A stretch of 63,898 nt of DNA, filler included, from an uncultured bacterium (lineage in GTDB: Bacteria; Latescibacterota; UBA2968): NCBI GenBank assembly GCA_964471275.1. It is 3 parts of 3 records of this genome, joined end to end, with 100 filler letters (N's around TTAATTAATTAA, not from the genome) between each part and the next. Parts side by side here need not be neighbours in the genome. Positions count along the whole stretch, not along the records: positions 1 to 21,903 come from CAYYGZ010000053.1; positions 22,004 to 43,681 come from CAYYGZ010000054.1; 1 more part is not named here. One strand, given 5' to 3'. Positions 20,494 to 29,170 of this stretch are shown here, one piece after another. The stretch's first letter is position 1; each line of letters starts with the position of its first letter. Made by a program: the position numbers and the translations under genes. The notes beneath the pieces were generated by a model. It ran no database searches. It was not told the DNA's origin and saw only the letters and a list, made by a program, of their open reading frames with translations.

Positions 20494-21489
20494 GTGTTGA
20501 ATCTCATTTTGAAGCGATTGCTCTGGATGTTCCCGACGGCGCTCGTGATCTCGTTCATTTCGTTCGCTATCATACAGCTTCCTCCCGGTGACTACCTGAC
20601 GTCGTATATCGCTGCGCTAAGCGAAACTGGCGAGACGGTCGATGAGGCGATGGCGGCCGCACTGCGTGCTCGCTACAACCTCGATGATCCGTTTCACGTC
20701 CAGTATTTTAAGTGGCTGTTCGGGATGTTTCACGGCGAATTGGGGATGTCGCTCGAATGGGACCGGCCGGTGGGTGAACTGATCGGCGAACGCATCCTTC
20801 TTACGACGATCATCTCGATCGCTACGCTGCTCGTGACGTGGGCGATTGCCATACCGATCGGTATCTACTCCGCCGTAAGGCAATACTCGCTTCCGGACTA
20901 CTGCTTCACCTTCATGGGTTTTATCGGGCTGGCGACTCCGAACTTCCTGCTGGCTCTGGTTTTTATGTATATCGGCTATGCGATTTTCGATGTCAGCGCG
21001 GGTGGGTTGTTCTCTCCCGAATACCAGAATACCGCTTGGTCGGTGGGTAAGGTGATGGATCTCATCGCCCATCTCTGGATCCCGGTTATCGTGATCGGTA
21101 CTTCTGGAACGGCCGGACTGATCCGCGTGATGCGGGGTAACCTGCTCGACGAGCTTCGCAAGCAGTACGTGATGACGGCCCGCGCCAAGGGGGTCGCGTA
21201 TTGGCGGCTTTTGCTGAAGTATCCGGTTCGTGTCGCGCTCAACCCGCTGGTCAGTACGATCGGGTGGGTCTTGCCGGGGATCGTATCCGGCGCAACAATC
21301 ACGTCCGTCGTGCTCGGACTGCCAACGACCGGACCTCTGCTGCTCCGGGCTCTGATGAATCAAGATATGTATCTCGCAGGCAGCATGGTCATGATGCTGA
21401 GCATCCTGACGCTGATTGGTACCCTGCTCTCAGATATTCTGCTTCTCGTTGTTGACCCGAGAATTCGATACGAAGAAGGGGAGCGCTAG
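20494..21489 (+). CDS. ABC transporter permease (DppB/OppB-like)
   Basis: IIQLPPGDY and EAA-like YVMTARAKG motifs. AAGGAG RBS. Confidence 0.93.
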   Translation: MLNLILKRLLWMFPTALVISFISFAIIQLPPGDYLTSYIAALSETGETVDEAMAAALRARYNLDDPFHVQYFKWLFGMFHGELGMSLEWDRPVGELIGERILLTTIISIATLLVTWAIAIPIGIYSAVRQYSLPDYCFTFMGFIGLATPNFLLALVFMYIGYAIFDVSAGGLFSPEYQNTAWSVGKVMDLIAHLWIPVIVIGTSGTAGLIRVMRGNLLDELRKQYVMTARAKGVAYWRLLLKYPVRVALNPLVSTIGWVLPGIVSGATITSVVLGLPTTGPLLLRALMNQDMYLAGSMVMMLSILTLIGTLLSDILLLVVDPRIRYEEGER

Positions 21490-21903
21490 ATGGCGTTGCC
21501 GCAAGAACAGTATGACGAAGAGGAAGATGTAGCCGACGGAGAGACTGCCGTTCACGCCGCGTCACAGTGGCAGCTGATGTGGTGGAAATTCCGGAAACAC
21601 AAGGTTGCGATGGCGGCAGGGATGGTGATCCTGTCTCTGTATACCGTGGCGATTCTGTGCGAGATTCTCGCGCCCTACACGCTCGAGTCACGGAATGTTC
21701 AGTATGCCTTTGCTCCACCGCAGCGTCTTCGTCTGATCTCGAACGAGGGTATCCACCTCTGGCCGTTTGTTTATAAGCTGGATGGGTTCAGGCACCCCGA
21801 AACGCTCCGGAAGTACTATGTGGAGGATGAGACGACGCGTTACCCTGTGAAACTGTTTGTGCGGTCTGAATCCTATTACTTCTGGGGACTGTTCGAGACG
21901 GAC
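21490..21903 (+). CDS. ABC transporter permease (DppC/OppC-like), truncated by contig end
   Basis: ASQWQLMWWKFRKHKVA OppC N-terminal motif. Confidence 0.88.
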
Positions 21904-22003
21904 NNNNNNNNNNNNNNNNNNNNNNNNNNNNNNNNNNNNNNNNNNNNTTAATTAATTAANNNNNNNNNNNNNNNNNNNNNNNNNNNNNNNNNNNNNNNNN
22001 NNN
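21904..22003. other. Artificial contig-join linker
   Basis: N run, TTAATTAATTAA (stops in all six frames), N run; 100 nt in total. Confidence 0.97.
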
Positions 22004-22889
22004 CCTGAGTTCCCTCAAACGGAGGAGCTCGAGCTAGCCTGCTAAAGTCGGCGCCCTGATCGAATCCCACAGGCAAGAAACGTCAGGACGGGCTATGCAG
22101 CTTTCGCTACGCAGCCATTGCGTACGAGTTATCGTTCGCAGATATTTTTTAGTTCCATCGGATTTACGAGGAGATGGCCCTCGGCACGCAGCTAACACCT
22201 TTCTACCCCCGTCGAAGCCTAGTCGCCCCCTTCGGTTTGCCTGGACTGCCGGAAGCTTGAGACGCCCAAAGTATACAGGTCTGACCTGCAATGGTCAAAT
22301 TCGGCTCGTGTCGTCTGGTGGGGCAAATTCTCCACCTGGGTCAACAAACCTGACGGTGTATCCGCGTATCTCGTAGGCTGAAAGCATCATAACTCGTGGA
22401 TAATTCATATTCTTACGTGCATTTCAGAGCTGCGGCATGGGGTTTGCCTGTAGCAGGGGTGAACCGGGGAAGGTGCAGACCCGGACCACAAAGTTCGATT
22501 TGCCCATCCGGGGATCCCGTAGCTCGGAGCAAGACTGACTTAGCGTCCGGATCGGCAATCGTGAGCGCATCTCCATCTCCCCACAGCTCCTTAAGAATCT
22601 TACCGTTTGAGCCCAGAACGACGATTGGTTTGCTCTTGGATTCTTGCGCTCAGGGAACCCGAAAGTACCAGCACGAACAGAATCAGATATGAGAACATGC
22701 GAGAACCTCCTCGTTGGTGTTGGGAAGGTCGACTTTTCAGTTATAGACTCAGAGCAGTTCCGCGTCCTGCCGGTCATCTGCATTCCGGCCTAGAGTCTTC
22801 GACTGTATCGAACGATCTCGCCGCCTCATCACCAGGCCACGCATAGACATTCTCTTATGCACGACTTCGGCATCTGTAGACCTGACTAC

Positions 22890-22926
22890 AAACAACAGAG
22901 GCCCGCACTGGACTAGCACGGGCCTC
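22890..22926 (-). terminator. Intrinsic terminator after the nucleotide-sugar genes
   Basis: Minus strand GAGGCCCGTGCT-AGTCC-AGTGCGGGCCTC followed by TGTTGTTT. Confidence 0.7.
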
Positions 22927-22953
22927 CTCATGTCGCGGGTCACCTGTCGTGGG

Positions 22954-23895
22954 TCACTCGTTCTTTTCTCGCTCCGCCTTGAACCATTCGATCGTCCGCC
23001 TCAACCCCACTTCCGGATCCACTTCCGGCTCCCAACCAAGCAATTCCTTTGCCTTGCTGATATCGGGACGTCTCACCTTGGGATCGTCCTTCATCGGCAG
23101 CAGGAACTTCATCTTACTGTCGCTCTCACTGATCTGTACGATCTTCTCCGCAAGCTCCAGCATCGACATTTCACTGGGATTCCCGACGTTCACGGGTTCG
23201 TTATAGTCACTCATCATCAGCGCGTAAATACCTCTGACCAGATCATCCACGTAGCAGATGCTCCGCGTCTGCTGACCGTCGCCAAAGATCGTAATATCGT
23301 CGCCGTTCAGCGCCTGCCCCACGAAGTTCGGAATCGCGCGACCGTCGTCGAGTCGCATCCTTGGGCCGTATGTGTTGAAGATCCGGATGATCCGTGTATC
23401 GATTCCCACTTCACGGTGATAGGCCATCGTCATCGCTTCGGCAAACCGCTTGGCCTCGTCGTAGACACCGCGTACGCCAATCGGGTTGACGTTACCCCAG
23501 TAATCTTCCGTTTGCGGATGGACAAGCGGATCACCGTAAGATTCTGATGTGGACGCGAGAAAGAACTTCGCTTTTTTCACACGAGCCAATCCCAGACACC
23601 GATACGTTCCGAAAGCGCCCACCTTCATCGTATGGATTGAATGTACGAGGTAGTGTTTTGGGCTCGCGGGGCTCGCGAAATTAAGGATGAAGTCCAGGGG
23701 ACCGGAGACGTGTACGAAATTTGTGATATCGTAATTCAGAAATGTAAAACCGTCATGACCGATCAGATGCTGAATGTTCTCCACCCGTCCCGTCAGCAGA
23801 TTATCCATCGCCACAACTTCGTGATCTTCATTCAACATGAAATCACACAAGTGTGACCCGAGGAATCCTGCACCACCCGTTATCAGTATCCGCAT
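22954..23895 (-). CDS. UDP-glucuronate decarboxylase family (NAD-dependent epimerase)
   Basis: [32 protein letters not shown] and [10 protein letters not shown] motifs. ATG 23895 after GGAG. Confidence 0.93.
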   Translation of the reverse strand: MRILITGGAGFLGSHLCDFMLNEDHEVVAMDNLLTGRVENIQHLIGHDGFTFLNYDITNFVHVSGPLDFILNFASPASPKHYLVHSIHTMKVGAFGTYRCLGLARVKKAKFFLASTSESYGDPLVHPQTEDYWGNVNPIGVRGVYDEAKRFAEAMTMAYHREVGIDTRIIRIFNTYGPRMRLDDGRAIPNFVGQALNGDDITIFGDGQQTRSICYVDDLVRGIYALMMSDYNEPVNVGNPSEMSMLELAEKIVQISESDSKMKFLLPMKDDPKVRRPDISKAKELLGWEPEVDPEVGLRRTIEWFKAEREKNE

Positions 23896-24063
23896 CGTTT
23901 CTCCCAATCGTTCACGCTTTGATCGCCTCTGGACAACTGTCTGCGCATCCGGAGATGTCACACTCTCCTGTCCCTCTACGCCCTGCACCCCCGCAAGGGA
24001 GCCCACGGGAGAGGAGTTCCGCCGTAGCACGCCCCAGGCCCCACGCTCCGTGCTTTCATGCCT

Positions 24064-25401
24064 CTAAAGCTTGAAGACTTTCCCAACCGTCCGATCGCAC
24101 CCTGACGTCGCATTTCGGGTATCGAAAACACATTGCGCCTGGTCGATCAGCCATTGGTAGTCGTAGGATTCATGGTTCGTCGCGATCACCAGACAGTCTG
24201 CAGCCGACACGGTCGCCTCATCCAAGTTGGCTGCCGTCATGTCCAAAGGTCCCACGGTCAGTCGATCCACAAATGGATCGTGATAGATCACGTGAGCACC
24301 CTTTGTTTGCAGCATCTCGATGATATCGAGAGCGGGTGACTCACGGATATCACAGACATCCGGTTTGTATGTCACCCCGAGTACCAGGATGGTGGAGCCC
24401 TTCACGCTTCGTTCGTACAGGTTCAGAACATCGGACACCTTTGTCACAACATAGGCCGGCATGCTGCGTGTTACTTCACTCGCCAGCTCGATGAACCGGG
24501 ACTGGAAATCGAGCGTTCGAAGTTTCCACGCGAGGTAGTGCGGATCGATCGGAATACAGTGGCCGCCCAGACCTGGACCGGGATAGAAGGGCATGAACCC
24601 GTAAGGTTTCGTCGCAGCCGCATTGATCACTTCCCACACATCGATGTTCAGCTTGTCGCACATCAGGGCGACCTCGTTGACCAGAGCAATGTTGACGCTG
24701 CGGAACGTGTTCTCCAACAGCTTCGTGATCTCGGCGGTCTGCGTGGAAGAGACAGCAACGACATCGTCGATCACCTGCTCATAGAACAGAACGGCGACTT
24801 CATTGCATTGATCCGTCGTTCCACCGACTACCTTGGTCGTATTCGTCAGTGTATATGTCTTGTTCCCCGGATCGATGCGCTCAGGCGAATAAGCAAGGAA
24901 GAAGTCCTCGCCAACCTGGAGCCCGCTCTCTTCCATCAGCGGCAGGACCAGTTCCTGGGTCGTGCCCGGGTATGTCGTACTTTCCAGAATAATCAGCTGA
25001 CCGGCGTGGAGATGATCGCGTATCTGCTCACAGGATCCGAGAATGAACGAAACATCCGGATCGCGTGTCTTGTTGAGCGGCGTTGGGACACAGATGACGA
25101 TCACCTCAGATTCCGCGGCCACGCCGAAGTCGGTCGTAGCCGTCAGCTTGCCTGTCGCCCGCAAACCGGCCACTTCGAAACTCGGCACATCCTTGACATC
25201 GGATTCTCCGGCCTCGACAGTGGACACCTTGTCAGCGGACACGTCAATTCCCGTGACCGTGAAGCCAGCCTTACCCAACTCGACGGCCATGGGAAGACCA
25301 ACATATCCCAACCCCACGACGGCAACACGAGCCGTCTTCTGTTCCAGCTTCGATTTCAGCCCCGTCATGTTCGATGACTGCGCTTCGACCGTTTGACTCA
25401 T
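24064..25401 (-). CDS. Nucleotide-sugar dehydrogenase (UDP-GlcNAc/GalNAc 6-dehydrogenase family)
   Basis: GLGYVG, CVPTP, ESTTYPG, SPERIDPG and GGHCIPIDP motifs. Confidence 0.93.
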   Translation of the reverse strand: MSQTVEAQSSNMTGLKSKLEQKTARVAVVGLGYVGLPMAVELGKAGFTVTGIDVSADKVSTVEAGESDVKDVPSFEVAGLRATGKLTATTDFGVAAESEVIVICVPTPLNKTRDPDVSFILGSCEQIRDHLHAGQLIILESTTYPGTTQELVLPLMEESGLQVGEDFFLAYSPERIDPGNKTYTLTNTTKVVGGTTDQCNEVAVLFYEQVIDDVVAVSSTQTAEITKLLENTFRSVNIALVNEVALMCDKLNIDVWEVINAAATKPYGFMPFYPGPGLGGHCIPIDPHYLAWKLRTLDFQSRFIELASEVTRSMPAYVVTKVSDVLNLYERSVKGSTILVLGVTYKPDVCDIRESPALDIIEMLQTKGAHVIYHDPFVDRLTVGPLDMTAANLDEATVSAADCLVIATNHESYDYQWLIDQAQCVFDTRNATSGCDRTVGKVFKL

Positions 25402-25505
25402 TCAGCCTCGCCCTGTGGTTACTGCGGAAATACTAGAAGCGTTGTGCGTATAGCGATTTCTGAGCGACCAACGTCTCTCACAATTCCGGAAAGCACTGGT
25501 GGAGG

Positions 25506-26420
25506 CTACCCGCGATCCATCAACCGAAGCAGCACCGCCTTCTGCGCGTGCATTCGATTCTCGGCCTGGTCAACTGCGATACATTGCTTGGCTTTCATCA
25601 CGCCGGAGGTGACTTCATATCCCTTGTGCGCGGGAAGGCAATGCATCACGTATGCATCCGTCGTTTCGAGCAGCGCCTCATTGATCTGGTAGGGTTCGAA
25701 CGTCTGGATACGTCGGTTCTTCTCTTCCTCATACGATTGATCGAAAAAGAACTCCATGTCGATCCAGGTGTCCGTGTAGATAAAATCGGCCTCGGGGGCC
25801 ACTTCCTTGATATCGAGCGTCTCGTGGAAGAGACCGGTACCCCGTGCTTCCTCCAGCAGCTCATCGTCTCTGGATGCCGGATTGGCCTCTGGGGTAACCG
25901 CTGTAATCCGCATTCCCGCCTTTGTACACGCTACGACCAAAGAGTTGCAAACGTTGTTCAGGATACCCGTATACACAAGGTGCGCGCCCTCTAGACTGCC
26001 GCGGACCTCCGAAATTGTCAGCAGATCCCCGAGCGCTTGACACGGATGATACCGATCGCAGCATCCGTTAATCACCGGCACTTCAGAACCTGATGATAGT
26101 TTGAGGAGGTCATCGTGGTGTTTCATCCGAGCGATAATTGCGTTCACGTATCGTGAAAGAACCTGCGCCTCATCAGCCAGATCGGCGAGTGCGAAGTTGG
26201 TTGCCTGCCAGTCCATGTAGACGGCGTGGCCACCCATCTGGGTCATACCGACTTCAAAAGACGTCCGCGTGCGAGTCGACGTCTTCTGGAACAACATACC
26301 CAGACTCAGGTCGGACAACGTTTCACGGAAGCGCTCGGGATGCGATTTGATCACCAGCGACTCCTCGACCGTCGCGAGGATTTCACCGGGTGTCCAGTCC
26401 TTGAGTGTCAGGAGATCCAT
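25506..26420 (-). CDS. argF: Ornithine carbamoyltransferase
   Basis: STRT, HPCQ, HCLP and AENR motifs. Variant DTWIDME in place of DxxxSMG. Confidence 0.85.
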   Translation of the reverse strand: MDLLTLKDWTPGEILATVEESLVIKSHPERFRETLSDLSLGMLFQKTSTRTRTSFEVGMTQMGGHAVYMDWQATNFALADLADEAQVLSRYVNAIIARMKHHDDLLKLSSGSEVPVINGCCDRYHPCQALGDLLTISEVRGSLEGAHLVYTGILNNVCNSLVVACTKAGMRITAVTPEANPASRDDELLEEARGTGLFHETLDIKEVAPEADFIYTDTWIDMEFFFDQSYEEEKNRRIQTFEPYQINEALLETTDAYVMHCLPAHKGYEVTSGVMKAKQCIAVDQAENRMHAQKAVLLRLMDRG

Positions 26421-26430
26421 TCGTCCAACC

Positions 26431-27393
26431 CTATATCGCGTTCAGTATATGACCGACTTCGTCCAGCAAACCGCGTCGAGACTCACCCAGCGAATTCTCG
26501 ACCGCACAGCCCGACGCATTTCTATGGCCGCCACCACCGAACTTGCGTGCCACGGCATTCACGTCAACCAGGCCGCGGGAACGAAGGCTCACACGATGGT
26601 AACCAGGTGACTGCTCCTTGAAGAACAGGGCCACCTCCACACCGTCGATGGACATCGCCTGATCGACGACGCTGTCGAGATCGCCTCCCATCTGGAAGAT
26701 ATCGTGACTTACGGATACTGTCGCAACACGGCCATCAAAGTGAAGCTCCAGCGTCGAGAGCGCATGCCCCAACGTCTGGACCGTCTCCACCGTCTGGTGC
26801 GCGAACAGATGATCTGCGATGGAAACCGGGTCCGCCCCGAAATCGACGAGTTCCGAACAGGCCTTGAGCGCGCGTTCCGGATGAGAGAACTTGAAGAGCT
26901 TCGTGTCGAATGCGATGCCGGTATAGATCTGCGTTGCCATCTCGATATCGATGTCGACTCCGGTCGCTTTCATCAGTCCGAAGATCAGTTCGCTCGCCGC
27001 ACTGGCATCCGAGTCGATCAACAGAACATTGCCCTCCTCGGATCCGGCGTGATGATCAATGATCATGGTCCGCGTATCCTGATCGATCAGACGGGCAACA
27101 TTACCGACGCGGTGCGCAGAAATCGTTGGTGTATCCACGAAGATGGCGTGAGAAACGGGTTCCTGGTCTGTCAGATCCCGGAAACTTAAAATCTCTTCGA
27201 ATCCCGATAGAAAGGCCAACTTGCGATCAGGATTATTATCCGCCAGGACCATACGATAAGGCTTGCCGAGCTTATCGAGCATTCGGCCCAGCCCCAGCAG
27301 GGCGCCAAGCCCGTCACCATCCGAGTTGACGTGTGTCGAAAGAAGAAACGGGCCCTCTGCTTCTAGGAATGCGAGTGCGCGACTGTAGTCCAT
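26431..27393 (-). CDS. nrnA: DHH/DHHA1 phosphoesterase (nanoRNase/pAp phosphatase)
   Basis: HxxxDGD, IDHH, DT, SLRS and GGGGHRNASG motifs. Confidence 0.88.
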   Translation of the reverse strand: MDYSRALAFLEAEGPFLLSTHVNSDGDGLGALLGLGRMLDKLGKPYRMVLADNNPDRKLAFLSGFEEILSFRDLTDQEPVSHAIFVDTPTISAHRVGNVARLIDQDTRTMIIDHHAGSEEGNVLLIDSDASAASELIFGLMKATGVDIDIEMATQIYTGIAFDTKLFKFSHPERALKACSELVDFGADPVSIADHLFAHQTVETVQTLGHALSTLELHFDGRVATVSVSHDIFQMGGDLDSVVDQAMSIDGVEVALFFKEQSPGYHRVSLRSRGLVDVNAVARKFGGGGHRNASGCAVENSLGESRRGLLDEVGHILNAI

Positions 27394-27409
27394 CAGTCCT
27401 CCGGATCGC

Positions 27410-29170
27410 TCAATCCTCGAGCGTTTCTATTTCATCCAAGAAATCGTCGACATCGGACGACGTAAGGCGATAGCTCCGCAGTTTAAACGTCTTGGCAGAG
27501 TCATAGTCTGTGGCACTGGACGATGTAAAAACGACGCCGTGACGCTTCGCGGCTTCTTTGCGAGACAGCCGTTCAGAGACAACATCATCAGATACAAGGC
27601 GAATTGCGCGCTCGTAAGGGTGTCCGTATCCACCTCCACCGGCAGTCTGGATTCTCACCCGATCGTGAGCGGACAACTCCTGGCTCTGACACCGACCTCG
27701 CTGGGGGAGTGAGCGCCAGTCCCCATCACACCATACCTCAACACGGGTCTTTTCGCCCCTTCCCCCTCGATGGTGGCCCCCCGCGCCTCGTCTGAATCGG
27801 TCTGCATAAACAGTCAGACGTGCCTTCGGCAAGAGTGACTCGATCTCGAATACGGTCCCATCACCACCCCTGTATCGCCCGGCTCCACCGCTCGCCTCGC
27901 GCTCCTCGCTGCAGCGTACGCGAACGGGGAATGCCCGCTCCAGGGATTCAACGGAGGGAAAGATCGAAAACCGCGTCTCCGAATCTGTATTTGTGAGCCC
28001 ATCGCCACGGCCGCTCGCACCACCGCCCGAACCGACGACAAGTCGCAGAACAAAGGGATTTCCCCCTCCTTCCTGCTCGATAACGATGACATTGCCGCCG
28101 CCACCGTCACAGGCCTTCCCTCGACCGTGAACCGACTGGGAAAGAGCCTCCACCACGAGCGATGCGACACGGTCGGCCAGAATGTCGGAGGTGCCACCGA
28201 CCGGTGTGGGGAACGATGCATCCAATAAGGAACCATGTGAGACCCGAATCTGCAAATCATCGATGGAAAACCCACAAGCCGGGATTTCTGAGAAGATCTG
28301 GCGAAGCCCACACTGACACGCGGCCAGGGCTGACGCCCGCGTACAGTTCGTGGGTCCGTCGGATAGCCCCCCCGATCCCTGGAAATCCAGGATCAGAGCT
28401 TCCTCCGAAACCTCGAGCGACAACTCGAGCGGCACAGAGCACTTCTCATCCGTATCTGAATCGAGTCGATCTCTCCGCACATACACACCCTCCTTCAACT
28501 CCGCCCGTGCCGCATCCAGTGCCGCGCGAGACCTGACACGCACGGATTCGCTGGCTTCGTAGACCGTCGGCCAACTGTGCGAGGCCCCCAGGCGCTGCAT
28601 CCACGTTCGTGCAGTCTCAAGCGCAGTTGTCTGCGCGACAAGATCGCTCTGCAGGATGCCGGGAAACCGGCAGTTTGCCGACATGAGCACAAAGACGGAC
28701 TCGGTGGCCGGCGAAACCGGGATGCGAACCCCTTCCTCGTGCACTGACCTTGCCCCTGGAGCGACGCCGCCGAGTGTGCGTCCACCCACGTCGGGGTAGT
28801 GCCCACTGATCGCGATCCAGGCCGTGCCGACGTCACCCATCGCAACGGGCGCAATCATCTTCACATCACAAACTGTTCCCCCGCCCGTGTAGGGGTCGTT
28901 CGACAGCAATATACCGGCATCCCTATCCAACCGAGCTTCCTGCTCCCGCACCCACGTCTGCAGAAGCGCCGATTGTAGGGGCGCGCTGGTTGATCCCTCC
29001 GCCCAGAGGCTACCGTCGGGGGAGAACAGACAGATACCCGATTCACCGTCGGAGAGCGAGGGACTGTATGCGTGCGACCGGAACGTCGCCTCAGCTTCGT
29101 CCACACCGGCCTGGATCCGGGACACGATTCTGTTCTGTAGAATCGGATCGATCACGACATCGTCCCACAC
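27410..29170 (-). CDS. Hydantoinase B / oxoprolinase family subunit (divergent)
   Basis: NDPYTGG, HYPDVGG, EEGVRIP, SGGAGRYRGG and TAGGGGYGHP motifs. Confidence 0.85.
   Translation of the reverse strand: MWDDVVIDPILQNRIVSRIQAGVDEAEATFRSHAYSPSLSDGESGICLFSPDGSLWAEGSTSAPLQSALLQTWVREQEARLDRDAGILLSNDPYTGGGTVCDVKMIAPVAMGDVGTAWIAISGHYPDVGGRTLGGVAPGARSVHEEGVRIPVSPATESVFVLMSANCRFPGILQSDLVAQTTALETARTWMQRLGASHSWPTVYEASESVRVRSRAALDAARAELKEGVYVRRDRLDSDTDEKCSVPLELSLEVSEEALILDFQGSGGLSDGPTNCTRASALAACQCGLRQIFSEIPACGFSIDDLQIRVSHGSLLDASFPTPVGGTSDILADRVASLVVEALSQSVHGRGKACDGGGGNVIVIEQEGGGNPFVLRLVVGSGGGASGRGDGLTNTDSETRFSIFPSVESLERAFPVRVRCSEEREASGGAGRYRGGDGTVFEIESLLPKARLTVYADRFRRGAGGHHRGGRGEKTRVEVWCDGDWRSLPQRGRCQSQELSAHDRVRIQTAGGGGYGHPYERAIRLVSDDVVSERLSRKEAAKRHGVVFTSSSATDYDSAKTFKLRSYRLTSSDVDDFLDEIETLED

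Noticed and set aside
21904..22003. TTAATTAATTAA palindrome within Ns (also 43682-43781)
   Set aside because: It is an artificial six-frame-stop linker. Adjacency across it carries no biological meaning.
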